This document shows positions 29,435 to 39,448 of a stretch of 64,000 nucleotides of DNA, piece by piece. A program made the translations under genes and the position numbers. The notes beneath the pieces were generated by a model, which saw only the letters and a program-made list of their open reading frames with translations, ran no database searches and was not told where the DNA came from. Origin of the DNA: Collinsella sp. (GTDB lineage Bacteria; Actinomycetota; Coriobacteriia; Coriobacteriales; Coriobacteriaceae); assembly GCA_048430645.1 (NCBI GenBank), contig DBFOME010000039.1, positions 432-64,431 of the forward strand, given 5' to 3'. The number at the start of each line of letters is the position of its first letter. Positions within the stretch are counted from its first letter, which is position 1.

Positions 29435-30466
29435 ATGGCCATGGATTTCAAACGCAGGCTGCCGATCCCCATGGAGATCCGCGAGGAAATGCCGCTTTCC
29501 GCCGAGCTTACCGCCAAAAAACAGGCATTTGACACCGAGGTCGCCAAGGTCTTTACCGGCGAGGACGCGCGCAAGGTGCTCATCATCGGCCCGTGCTCTG
29601 CCGACCGCGAGGACTCAGTGCTTGAGTACATGAACCGACTGGCCAAGGTCGCCGAAGAGGTCAAGGACAAACTTATCATCATTCCGCGCGTCTACACCAA
29701 CAAGCCGCGCACCAAGGGCACCGGCTACAAGGGCCTGCTGCACAACCCCAACCCTGAGGCGCCCGACGACCTGCTCGAAGGCGTTAAGGCCATCCGCCAC
29801 ATGCACCTGCGCGTTATTGAGGAAACGGGCTTCTTTACCGCCGATGAGATGCTCTATCCGTCCAACTACCAATACCTCGTTGACCTGCTGAGCTACGTTG
29901 CCGTGGGTGCGCGCTCGGTCGAAAACCAGGAGCATCGCCTGGTATCGAGCGGCATTTCGGTGCCCGTGGGCATGAAGAACCCCACTGCCGGTTCAACCAC
30001 CGTCATGCTCAACTCCATCTACGCCGCCCAGGCACATCAGAGCTTTATCTTCCGCAATTGGGAGGTCGAGTGCGACGGCAACCCGCTCGCACACGCCGTC
30101 ATGCGTGGCTACATCGGTCTCGATGGCCGCACCTACCCCAATTACCACTACGAGCACCTGGAGCGCCTGGCCGAGCGCTATACCGAGCATGCCGGCTACG
30201 CCAATCCGGCGGCGGTCATCGACTGCAACCACGACAACTCGGGCAAGCGCCCGCTGGAGCAGTACCGCATTTGCAAGGAGGTACTCGACAGCTGCCGCCG
30301 CAACGAGTCCATCTCCAAGCTGGTCAAGGGCTTTATGATCGAATCGTACCTTGAGGACGGCAACCAGCCGGTCGATGGCGGGGTCTTTGGTAAGTCGATC
30401 ACCGACCCGTGCCTGGGCTGGGAAAAAACCGACTACCTCATCCACGAGATCGCGGAGCGGGTGTAG
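29435..30466 (+). CDS. 3-deoxy-7-phosphoheptulonate (DAHP) synthase, class I
   Basis: IIGPCS, KPRT(KGTGYKG), VGARS and DCNHDNS motifs. GAGGAGG SD before ATG 29435. Confidence 0.85.
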   Translation: MAMDFKRRLPIPMEIREEMPLSAELTAKKQAFDTEVAKVFTGEDARKVLIIGPCSADREDSVLEYMNRLAKVAEEVKDKLIIIPRVYTNKPRTKGTGYKGLLHNPNPEAPDDLLEGVKAIRHMHLRVIEETGFFTADEMLYPSNYQYLVDLLSYVAVGARSVENQEHRLVSSGISVPVGMKNPTAGSTTVMLNSIYAAQAHQSFIFRNWEVECDGNPLAHAVMRGYIGLDGRTYPNYHYEHLERLAERYTEHAGYANPAAVIDCNHDNSGKRPLEQYRICKEVLDSCRRNESISKLVKGFMIESYLEDGNQPVDGGVFGKSITDPCLGWEKTDYLIHEIAERV

Positions 30467-30622
30467 GTTACGGCGTTTTACCAAACGCCGTAACCGGCCG
30501 ACGCTGCAAACCCGCCAGAGCGGCAATCTGCCTTTCAGCTTCGACGGCATGACCAAAAGGTCAATGCCGCCTCGCTTCAAGGCACCTTGCTCGCTCTGGC
30601 GGGTTTTCGCTGACGTTTTTTC
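30467..30622. repeat. Structured intergenic element, family 2, copy 1 (starts right after the DAHP synthase stop)
   Basis: 5-prime hairpin GGTTACGGCGTTT-TACC-AAACGCCGTAACC, then CGACGCTGCAAAC. Long stem AAACCCGCCAGAGCG / CGCTCTGGCGGGTTT. Ends in TCGCTGACGTTTTTT. Confidence 0.75.
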
Positions 30623-30848
30623 TACCAGCGTCGTTGCCAAAGCTGGCACTTGGGGACGCTCCTTTTGGAGTGGTCGTTGGGAACGCTCTTGTTTGACTAG
30701 TCGTTTAAGAACGTCCCCAATGACCACCGCAAAAAAGCGCCGCCGCGGACGCTCATGCGTCCGCGGTGGTCTGTACTAAATCGCGACGACAGCTGGCAAC
30801 CAAGCGTTCTGCCGAGCAAATCGTCCGTTGTTCACCTCAATCGACCGA

Positions 30849-32651
30849 TTATCCCTCGTATACGATACGGCCATCGGAGACAGTGAACAGAACCTTGGTA
30901 TCGGAGATCTTCTTGGGATCGCAATTAAGGATGTCTTGGTCGAGCACCGTGAGATCGGCGAGCTTGCCCACCTCGAGCGTACCGACTTTATCCTCCATGT
31001 AGTTCTCGAAGGCAACGTTTTTGGTATATGCCTCGAGCGCCTGATATGCCGTGATGGCCTGCTCGGGCCAACGGTACATATCGGTGTCCTCCTCCTCGGA
31101 AAACGGGCTGTTGCGCGTAACGGCCACCTCGATCTCCTCGAGCGGCGCATAGCCGGTGACTGGGCCATCGCTCGCACCGGAGATAAAGCAGCCGGCCTCG
31201 AGCATGTTCTTGACGGGGTAGAACTTCATGGCGCGATCCTCGCCCACCATGGCGATCTCGAGGTCGCACAAAGAATCGTGATACATCCACAGGAACTGCA
31301 GCGCGCACACGATGTCGAGATCGGCGACGCGCTTAATGTCCTCGTCGGTGATTGCGCACACATGCGTCATGGTGTTGCGGCGATCATCGCGCTCACCGTT
31401 CTCCTTGACGCAGCGCTCGTAGGCATCGAGTGTATTGTGGACGGCGCCGTCGCCGATCGCGTGAACATGAATCTGAACACCCTCTTTGTCGAGGGCGGCC
31501 ACCATGTCGCTGAACTCCTGCTGGTCCCAGACGGACTCGCCGTGCCAGTTATCGCCCTTACCGGCGGCGGAGGTATATGGCTCGAGCATCACGGCGCTGC
31601 CGCCCTCGGTAACGCCATCGGAGTAGATCTTGACCGTACCGGTAGAGATCATGTTGCTATCGAACTTCTTGAGGTCCTTCACGGTTTTAAGAGCCTTTTT
31701 AGCCGTCATGCCGGGCACAATGGTAGGAAGTACTCGCATGCGCAGGTTAAGCTTGCCCTCTTTCTCAAGGTCAGTATAGAACTGGCAATCCTGTGCCGTA
31801 GACTCTCCCACGACGCTTATGTTGGTAATGCCGGTGATGCCGTATTTCGTAGCCACCTGCTGGTACTTGTCGATAGCGTTCTCAAGCTCCTTGTCCGTAT
31901 GCTTGACGGAGACAACCTCCCTCACCATAGTGGCAGCAGAATCGATCAAGTAGCCAGTCGCCTCGCCGTTTGCATCGCGGGTGATGATGCCGCCCGTGGG
32001 ATTGGGGGTATCGTTATCGATGCCCGCAAGCTCGAGCGCACGGCTGTTGACCCACACCGAATGATAGGAAACATCGGTCAGCATGATGGGCTTATCGGAG
32101 CAGATCTCGTCGAGGATGGACTTGTTGGGGCCGGGATTGGTGCCATCCTCTTGCTCGAAGGCGTTGATCATGAACGAGCCGCCAACGTAAGCCTCATCAT
32201 CGGGATGCTTGGTTACAAAATCACTGATCACCTTCTTATACTCATCGATCGTGGTGCTCTTGGTAAGATCGATCTCGTACAGCGCGGTCACCCAGTTGCC
32301 CGGAGCGTGGATATGGCCGTCCATAAAGCCGGGGGTCACCATACCGCCATCAAGATCGATGACGCGCGTGTTGTCATCGATGTACTCGTCAACACCGGAG
32401 TCTTCGCCTACATATACGATCTTGTTGCCCGAGACAGCCAGGGCGGCCGCAGTGTCGCCCTCTTTGACCATCGTCTGAATCGTGCCGTTACGAAAGACGA
32501 TGGATGCCTTATCGGAACTCGCGCCGCCGGTGCTTCCGGCATTTGAAGAATTGTTGGCGCAACCGGCGGCACCCACCGCAACAGCCGCGGCGCCCAACGT
32601 GCTCAGGCCGAGAAAGCTTCTACGGGAAACGGGGGGGATAGAGGTCTTCAT
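30849..32651 (-). CDS. Amidohydro_3 (YtcJ-like) metal-dependent hydrolase with a Tat signal and lipobox
   Basis: MKTSIPPVSRRSFLGLSTLGAAAVAVGAAGC contains the twin-arginine SRRSFL motif and an AAGC lipobox. HxH metal motif GFMDGHIHA. ATG at 32651. Confidence 0.8.
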   Translation of the reverse strand: MKTSIPPVSRRSFLGLSTLGAAAVAVGAAGCANNSSNAGSTGGASSDKASIVFRNGTIQTMVKEGDTAAALAVSGNKIVYVGEDSGVDEYIDDNTRVIDLDGGMVTPGFMDGHIHAPGNWVTALYEIDLTKSTTIDEYKKVISDFVTKHPDDEAYVGGSFMINAFEQEDGTNPGPNKSILDEICSDKPIMLTDVSYHSVWVNSRALELAGIDNDTPNPTGGIITRDANGEATGYLIDSAATMVREVVSVKHTDKELENAIDKYQQVATKYGITGITNISVVGESTAQDCQFYTDLEKEGKLNLRMRVLPTIVPGMTAKKALKTVKDLKKFDSNMISTGTVKIYSDGVTEGGSAVMLEPYTSAAGKGDNWHGESVWDQQEFSDMVAALDKEGVQIHVHAIGDGAVHNTLDAYERCVKENGERDDRRNTMTHVCAITDEDIKRVADLDIVCALQFLWMYHDSLCDLEIAMVGEDRAMKFYPVKNMLEAGCFISGASDGPVTGYAPLEEIEVAVTRNSPFSEEEDTDMYRWPEQAITAYQALEAYTKNVAFENYMEDKVGTLEVGKLADLTVLDQDILNCDPKKISDTKVLFTVSDGRIVYEG

Positions 32652-32789
32652 ATAACCCACCTTTCTGTTGACATCGCCGCGCTTTCGCGACGCTTGCTAT
32701 CACCTGAATAGCACCCCCGGGTATAAACTTGCCTGCACAAACGGGGTTATTGCCGTAAGCGGAGGCTTATATCCCCTATAACCCTGCCT

Positions 32790-33751
32790 TTAACCTGCCC
32801 AAAAGCTCTGAAGAAGCTCGGATCGCGATGAGACACCACATTTACGGAATATCGTGTGAACATGCGATTTGACCGTGCCGACAGAGATAAATAAATCATT
32901 CGCTATGGCGCGGTTATCCTGGCCATCGAGCAGAAGGTCGAGCACTTCGCGTTCACGCGCGGAGATATCGTGCTGGTCGCAGAATGCCGAGAAGCGGACC
33001 TCCGCAATCTGCTTGGCAGAGGTGCCAGACGTTGTGGGCGGAGCAGAAAAGCGCAACGACAAGATCCGCGACGCCGCACGAATGGTATATATCGCGGCCA
33101 CCACGCTCATGATGTTCTCTGGGATGTTTCTGCCGTAGGCAAAATACAGGTAATCGATGACTTCGATCCGCCCAATATTCAGCCCGAGAACGCGTACATC
33201 CTCGATCAGAACAAACGCCGTCAACACAGCCATCACAATAAGAACCTGCCGTAGCGTGCATAGAAGCTCTTTCGCGCCAACGGCTTGCTTTTGCGGTAGC
33301 AGACGAAAATCATGCCAAACGCCACGAACATGAACAAGGAGCGTAACGCATAAAAGGCGAGTTGTTTGATTGAATCGGGCTGCAACACAAGCGACATGGC
33401 CTCGAAAGCAGAAAAGGCGATGCAGGGCACGAGCATGCGAAGCCGGCTCGTCTTGTTTACGATCGCCAATGCAAATGCCCACATGCTCGCCATGATTCCA
33501 ATCGATAGGACGAGTTTCGTTATGGGGTGAGTCATGGGAAATTGGCTGCTGAGGACATCTGCTATCATCTTACGGCCCTGATACTCATCGAGGAATACGA
33601 TGGCGCTTTCGAGCAGGTCGAAGAAAAAGAAGGCCGAGACCGTCAAGTAGCTTGTTCGATGTGAGACGAGGTACGTGCATACCGATACGCACACCGCCAC
33701 CATGCAAACCAAGACGAACGTGATTCCGTAGAAGAAGTAGAACGCGCTCAC
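32790..33751 (-). pseudogene. Membrane-anchored LuxR-family regulator interrupted by a frameshift
   Basis: Two overlapping ORFs, 33751-33233 (multi-TM part) and 33482-32790 (last TM plus the LuxR HTH REREVLDLLLDGQDNRAIANDLFISVGTVKSHV). Together they are colinear with the intact paralogs at 41384 and 49198. The shift is near 33255-33270. Confidence 0.65.
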
Positions 33752-33900
33752 TACCGGGCCTTTCGCTTATTGATATGTGCTGCGGATAAACTTTACGCCA
33801 AAGTCATGCAGGTCGCTGCCTTCAGTGCAAAATCCAACCAAAGAAAGGAGGGTGGAAGACGCATATCCCCCACCCCAGCGCATGGGCGAAACTAGCCAGA

Positions 33901-33967
33901 ATGAGAGTGGATAATCTCCCGTTTTTGGCCTATACCAGCACTAAAAGTGGGAGATTACCCACTCTCA
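33901..33967. repeat. 20-bp inverted repeat with a 27-nt loop
   Basis: ATGAGAGTGGATAATCTCCC (33901-33920) / GGGAGATTACCCACTCTCAT (33948-33967), 1 mismatch. Confidence 0.6.
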
Positions 33968-34113
33968 TCGAGCAAGTGTCCGAAAATCCTCACTCGTGAC
34001 CTCTTTTCCTCCGTCCCCGAGGGATCGAGGCTCGTCTGCCGAATGGTCGATGCGGCAGTCCTGCGTCCATGTCACACTCATAGATGGCCTGACCCAACTT
34101 GGAAGGAGCCTCC

Positions 34114-34764
34114 ATGAGCCTTGACAATGTAGCCCTGCGCGCCGCCACGCTCGATGACCTGACCGGCATCGCCGCCATTTACAACCAGCTGTGGTGCAAC
34201 ACACTACGCAACCGCGGCGACGTCGAAGCCGCCGATTTCTGCGCGCGCTTTAACATCGCTATGCAGCTGCAGCGCTCCCCCATCGCACTCGTCGCCGAGA
34301 CCGAGGGCCGCACTATCGCCGCCTGCTGTATCGGCATCTTCGAGGACGGCAAGCCGCGCACCAATCCCACGTGGGAGCCCTGCTACGACGAGATGCTCGC
34401 CCAGGCAACCGAGATGGCAAAGACCGCCGATGCCAAGCTCGAGGGCTCGCTCTTCGGCGACAGCCGTGAAAAGGCCACGGCCGACCGATTTGCCGCCACG
34501 GGCAACGAGCATGCCCAGGGCCAGCTCAACCTGATCATCATTGTTCCCGAGTGGCAGGGCAAGGGACTCGGCCGCGCACTCATCGACCTTTCGCGCGACG
34601 AGCTCGCCAAGGCAGGCTGCACCAAGTTCTTCCTGATGAGCGACTGCAACTCCGATTGGCAGTTCTACGAGCACCTCAACATGAAGCGCATCCTGGAGGA
34701 TCACAGCCAAGACACCGGCGACGGCTTTATCGTCTACATGTACGGAGGCGACACGCAGGATTAG
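34114..34764 (+). CDS. GNAT family N-acetyltransferase
   Basis: Acetyl-CoA motif VPEWQGKGLGRALI. GGAAGGAG SD before ATG 34114. Confidence 0.8.
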   Translation: MSLDNVALRAATLDDLTGIAAIYNQLWCNTLRNRGDVEAADFCARFNIAMQLQRSPIALVAETEGRTIAACCIGIFEDGKPRTNPTWEPCYDEMLAQATEMAKTADAKLEGSLFGDSREKATADRFAATGNEHAQGQLNLIIIVPEWQGKGLGRALIDLSRDELAKAGCTKFFLMSDCNSDWQFYEHLNMKRILEDHSQDTGDGFIVYMYGGDTQD

Positions 34765-34819
34765 CCTGTGTGCCGCCTCACGGGCTTTCTCCAAGACAGT
34801 CAGCAATCCGCCAAGAGAG

Positions 34820-35697
34820 CTAACAGGGTGCGCTCTCCTCGACAGTAGGGACATTCATCCTGCGAAGCGTGATATAGATGACCGCGCGGACACTCAACCG
34901 TCTCAGACAGATACAAGCCGAGCAGGCGCGCCCATGTGCGCGCATCAAGGCGCTCATGCGCTTTGCCAAAGAAGAACTGTACGGATGAATTCCGCGATTG
35001 AGCATCTTGAAGATATGGACCGCGAGTCCAAAGTCGTCCGTCTGAGGCGTAAACACCGGGGCATTCGTGGCGGCTGCCAGGCTCTCGAAATCGCTGACGC
35101 CAGTTGTCTCCATGAGCTTGAGCACCTCCGGTGCGATATATCCTGGTGCTGCACAGGTGGTTTGGTAGCTCACATCTGAAAGTGTGAAAGCATACGAATC
35201 GGTGTCAAGTAGCATCAGGCTGCCCCTCTCCCCCACAAGGATGTTGCGAGGATTCCAGTCATCCACGGTGATGCCGATGTCATGGAGCCCCGAGGTAAGC
35301 TTGCACAAATCGCCAAGATCCAATCGAGCGCTAATGCCACCACCGGCACTGCCCGAAGAATTGACGCAGCCGCACGCTCCATCTTGGCGAGATTTGTATA
35401 GAGTCGGGTGACCGACTGTTTGTATCCCTTGGCATAATTTGGCACCAGCAGGACTTTGTCACCATGACGGCAGTAGTGCACACCGCCTAGGAGGTGGATG
35501 AGTTCGGGGCAGTCACAACGTAGGAGCTCCACGAGCGCCTTGATGGTATCCATGCCCGCACGCGCCGAAACCTCGCAGCCCTTCTGCCCGTTGAGTACGC
35601 ACTCGAGTAGCGTATCGTATGCGCGCTGGGCTTCGGGGGCCAGGTGTGCCCTGTTAAACATGCCCCCGGGTCGCACGTTTCCCTTCGAGTCGATCAT
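34820..35697 (-). pseudogene. Decayed Ser/Thr protein-kinase-like gene (truncated N-lobe, frameshift)
   Basis: One frame contains a catalytic-loop-like ITVDDWNPRNILV, DTD (the DFG position), GYIAPEV (APE) and DDFGLAVHIF. The preceding part is in another frame (35697-35215). No glycine loop was found. Confidence 0.5.
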
Positions 35698-35857
35698 ACA
35701 AGCCCCCAATCTGTTTGGTTTTCCCAGATTGTGAGCCCGCACACCCAAGCCGCACGGCCCGCCGTTCAGCTGAAACCACCACACAAAAAGTCCGCCGACC
35801 ATTGAAGTCGGCGGACTTTCGTGTGCGGACAATCAAGCCCTGTTCACCATGGAACTA

Positions 35858-36979
35858 CTATTTACAGCGCGCCTTGGGCTGCTGCTGGGTGATGCAGTGA
35901 ATGTTGCCGCCGCCGTAAATAACCTCGCGGGTCATGATACCGATGACTTCGCGGTCCGGATAAGCAGCCTGGATATCCTTGAGCGCCTGGGCGTCGTTAG
36001 GGTCACCGAACTGCGGCACAAGCACCGCTCCGTTGATGGGCAGGAAATTGAGATAGCTCGGCTCGAAGGCGTCCTCGGGGGTACGCGGCAGCACGCCCTC
36101 GACGGGATCAATCGTGCTGGCCTCCTCTTCGGTCATATATACCGAGGTCGCAGGCATGATTACCTTGTGGACCTTGAGTTTGCGGCCACGGGCATCCGTC
36201 GTCTCGGAAAGCGTCTTATACGCCTCCTGGCACTCCTTGTAGAACTTATGGTTGGGATCATCGGTCCACATGCAGCAGACTTCGCCGGGTGCACTAAAGC
36301 ATGCGACGTCGTCCACATGACCGTTCGTTTCGTACGGATCGATACCGTCCTTGATCCAGATAACTTTCTCGATACCGAGGTACTCAGAGAGCTTCTTCTC
36401 AATCTGCTCCTTGGTGTACTGCGGGTTGCGGTCCTCGTTGAGCAGACACATCTCGGTGGTCACGACGGTGCCTTGACCATCACAGTTGAACGAGCCGCCC
36501 TCGAGGATATAATCCTCGGGACGATAACGGTTAACCTGCTCAAGCTGTGCCACCTGCAGGCCAATGGAAGCGTCCTTGTCCCACGGGAAGTACAGGCCGT
36601 CAATGAAACCGCCGTAAGCATTAAAGTGGAAGTGCGAAAGGGCAACCTCGCCATTGTCATTAACGAGGAACGCCGGGCCAGGGTCGCGAATCCAGCTGTC
36701 GTTGTACTCCATGTGGATAACGCGCACGTTCTCAACGCCGTCGAAGATCTCACACACCGCGGGGAAGTCTTCGGTGTTGACGCCCACAGTGATGGGCTGA
36801 AAGCGTGCAACGGTCTTGATGATCTCGGTGAAGACCTTCTGCGCCGGCTTGGCACCGCAGCGCCACACGTCGGAGCGGTGCGGCCACAGAATCCAGGTGC
36901 GCTCCTGCTCCTCATACTCGCCGGGCATATAGAACCCGTCCTTCTTGGGCGTAGATTCACTCTCGTAGATAGTCTTCAT
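35858..36979 (-). CDS. aguA: Agmatine deiminase family protein (PAD_porph), paralog 1
   Basis: FYMPGEYEEQERTWILWP, DSWIRDPGP and the C-terminal catalytic GGGNIHCITQQ. AAGGAG SD before ATG 36979. Confidence 0.85.
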   Translation of the reverse strand: MKTIYESESTPKKDGFYMPGEYEEQERTWILWPHRSDVWRCGAKPAQKVFTEIIKTVARFQPITVGVNTEDFPAVCEIFDGVENVRVIHMEYNDSWIRDPGPAFLVNDNGEVALSHFHFNAYGGFIDGLYFPWDKDASIGLQVAQLEQVNRYRPEDYILEGGSFNCDGQGTVVTTEMCLLNEDRNPQYTKEQIEKKLSEYLGIEKVIWIKDGIDPYETNGHVDDVACFSAPGEVCCMWTDDPNHKFYKECQEAYKTLSETTDARGRKLKVHKVIMPATSVYMTEEEASTIDPVEGVLPRTPEDAFEPSYLNFLPINGAVLVPQFGDPNDAQALKDIQAAYPDREVIGIMTREVIYGGGNIHCITQQQPKARCK

Positions 36980-37157
36980 TTCAAGCTCCTTGATCTCGGT
37001 GCTTTTGCTTGACGAGACCATAATGCAGCCGCACCGAGATGTCCTCAATGGTCCCTCGAGCCCCTTTCAGCGACCGCCGGTATACCATTCGCTGACCTAA
37101 AGTTCTATTCAGGCCGAGAACATGACATACTGGGTTCCACAATGGAAAGGACGCCCT

Positions 37158-37961
37158 ATGCCCCCATGCAATAAACAGCAGACTATTGAGCTGGACAGTA
37201 CGACCTGGACCGCCCTCAACGAGCTCGCGCTCGCGATCCACGCATCACGCGGTGTCGACATGCTGCAAAAGGAGACCCTCGAGGGAACGACAGGACTCGT
37301 GCCCCATCGGATCGCCATGTTCGACCTGATCGAGGCGGCGGGCAGCGATGCCCCACGCTACGTCCACCCCGCAAGCAGCGGAATGGACGACCGCGCACTG
37401 AGCGACTACTACAACCGCTACGCCGCGATGGACTATACAACATGGTCCTTTGACCTACATAACGTCGGCGTCTACCGCGACCTCGACCTCGTCGACGTCG
37501 AGCGACGCGATGCCACGCCCATCTATCGCAAATGGATGGAACCCCAGGGCGTCTACTTTGGCTGTACGGCCACGCTCGCGCACAACGACAGCCCGCTGGG
37601 AAGCATCACCCTGTTTCGCGAACGCACGGCCGGAGACTTCACCGACACCGAGCTCGCAATCCTGCTCGAAGTCGCTCGGCACGCGAGCCTCGCGCTCGCC
37701 AACCTCTATCCTCGGGGCATTAAACTCACCCAGACCGAAGACACAAACCAGCTGAATGTTTTCATTGCAGAACACAATATCCAACCGCGCGAAGCCGAAG
37801 TCATGCGGCTCATGCTCGACGGCAAAACAAACAAACAGATGGCAAACGAGCTATTCATAAGCGAGTCAACCGTCAAGAAGCACGTCAACGCCATCTATCG
37901 CAAGCTCGGCGTCAGCAACCGCCTGGGCCTCATGACTGCCATGCAAAACATCCCGCGATAA
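37158..37961 (+). CDS. Soluble LuxR-family regulator (N-terminal sensor-like domain plus a C-terminal HTH)
   Basis: [42 protein letters not shown]. Start at ATG 37158 (GGAAAGGA SD) or 37122. Confidence 0.75.
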   Translation: MPPCNKQQTIELDSTTWTALNELALAIHASRGVDMLQKETLEGTTGLVPHRIAMFDLIEAAGSDAPRYVHPASSGMDDRALSDYYNRYAAMDYTTWSFDLHNVGVYRDLDLVDVERRDATPIYRKWMEPQGVYFGCTATLAHNDSPLGSITLFRERTAGDFTDTELAILLEVARHASLALANLYPRGIKLTQTEDTNQLNVFIAEHNIQPREAEVMRLMLDGKTNKQMANELFISESTVKKHVNAIYRKLGVSNRLGLMTAMQNIPR

Positions 37962-38026
37962 AAAAGGGCGCCCTCCATGCGGAGAACGCCCTTTGATTTC
38001 GCCGTTGAATGAGAAGCGGCCCTACG

Positions 38027-39409
38027 CTATGCAATGAGCCCATTCAGGCGCTTTTGTTCCTTTGCAGCAAGTGCAATGGAAACCAGGCCGGTAATGGCAT
38101 CGGCTGCAACCAAGGCAATCCAAACACCCTGCGCGCCCATCATGCTGCCAAGCAAGTACATGAGCGGTACGGAACAGATCACGTAACGGAGCAGGCCGCA
38201 GAACGTGGCGATACCCACCTTCTCGTTCGCCTGGAAGTACATCGACATGGTCATGGCAAGATAGCCCAGGGCAACAGCCAGGATGACGGTACGCGTGGCG
38301 TTGGCGGCAACCTCAACGAGCGCGGGATCGCTGCCGGCAAAGAAGGCACACACCGGCGTGGCGGCAAGCCAGAGTACAACGGTGACCAGCGCCAGCGTCA
38401 CAACCTGGTACTTAAGCGTGCAGGAGAGTGTCTCCTTAAGACGCGCCCATGCCTTGGCACCGGCATTGAAGGCAGCGATGGGCTGCAAACCATAGGAGAA
38501 GCACTGGGCGACCATCATGGTGATGTAGAGAATGTAGCCGTTGATTACACCGAATGCAGCGATGTAGAGCGAACCCATGTCACCGCCAAGCGTGCCGAGC
38601 AGCGAGTTGGCAACGGTATTGAAGACGAATGTCGCACCCTGGACCAGGAAGAACGGGAAGCCAATCTTAACGATCTGCCCGCAGATACCCATGTCGAGTT
38701 TGAGGTCGACCAGGTTAATCTTGAGCTGAGACTTCTTGCCGCCAACATACCAGAAGATGCCGATGGCCCAGATGCCAATGGACAGGCCATAGTACACGCC
38801 AGCACCCATGACGCCAAGCTTGAGCACGAAGGTCGAGAGCGCGAGCCAGCAGATGGCAACGATGGCAGATACGGTCATGAGATTTGCCTGGACCTGGACC
38901 TTCTCATCAACGCGCATAACAGCGGTAACCATCTGGCCGATGACCGTGAGCGGCAATAGAACGGCGAACGTGCGCACGCCGGCGACCGTGTCAGCCATGA
39001 TATCGGGCGTTGCACCAAAGAATGCACAGATGGGCTCGGTGAAGACTGCCATCACGACAGCGAGCAGGACCGAAACAATCGCCGTGAGCCAGAAACCCTG
39101 GCTAAATGCCTTACTCGCCCCCTTGATGTCGCCGGCGCCGAGCAGATTGCCCACGACGGCCGGCACGCCCGTACCGAAGAGATTGCCGAAGGCCAGATTG
39201 ATGTACTCGACAGACATGATGATCGAGACGCAAGCAAGACCGTGAGCGCCCAGGCCCCAACCCATCACGAGACCCTCGAGCACGACCATAATGATCTGCG
39301 CGAGCATGCCCTGACCGGTCACAATTGTGTAGCGGCGCACGAGTTCTGGAATCGGCTTTGAGGCGAGCTCATGCTCCTCCCCAACGACAGCGGTTGTTTC
39401 TTCTGCCAT
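38027..39409 (-). CDS. MATE family efflux transporter
   Basis: 460 aa and 12 TM helices, with a typical MATE N-terminal block (PIPELVRRYTIVTGQGMLAQ...). Confidence 0.8.
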   Translation of the reverse strand: MAEETTAVVGEEHELASKPIPELVRRYTIVTGQGMLAQIIMVVLEGLVMGWGLGAHGLACVSIIMSVEYINLAFGNLFGTGVPAVVGNLLGAGDIKGASKAFSQGFWLTAIVSVLLAVVMAVFTEPICAFFGATPDIMADTVAGVRTFAVLLPLTVIGQMVTAVMRVDEKVQVQANLMTVSAIVAICWLALSTFVLKLGVMGAGVYYGLSIGIWAIGIFWYVGGKKSQLKINLVDLKLDMGICGQIVKIGFPFFLVQGATFVFNTVANSLLGTLGGDMGSLYIAAFGVINGYILYITMMVAQCFSYGLQPIAAFNAGAKAWARLKETLSCTLKYQVVTLALVTVVLWLAATPVCAFFAGSDPALVEVAANATRTVILAVALGYLAMTMSMYFQANEKVGIATFCGLLRYVICSVPLMYLLGSMMGAQGVWIALVAADAITGLVSIALAAKEQKRLNGLIA

Positions 39410-39448
39410 GGTTCTCCCCTTTCCTTGAGAGATTGAAAGACTGTGGGG

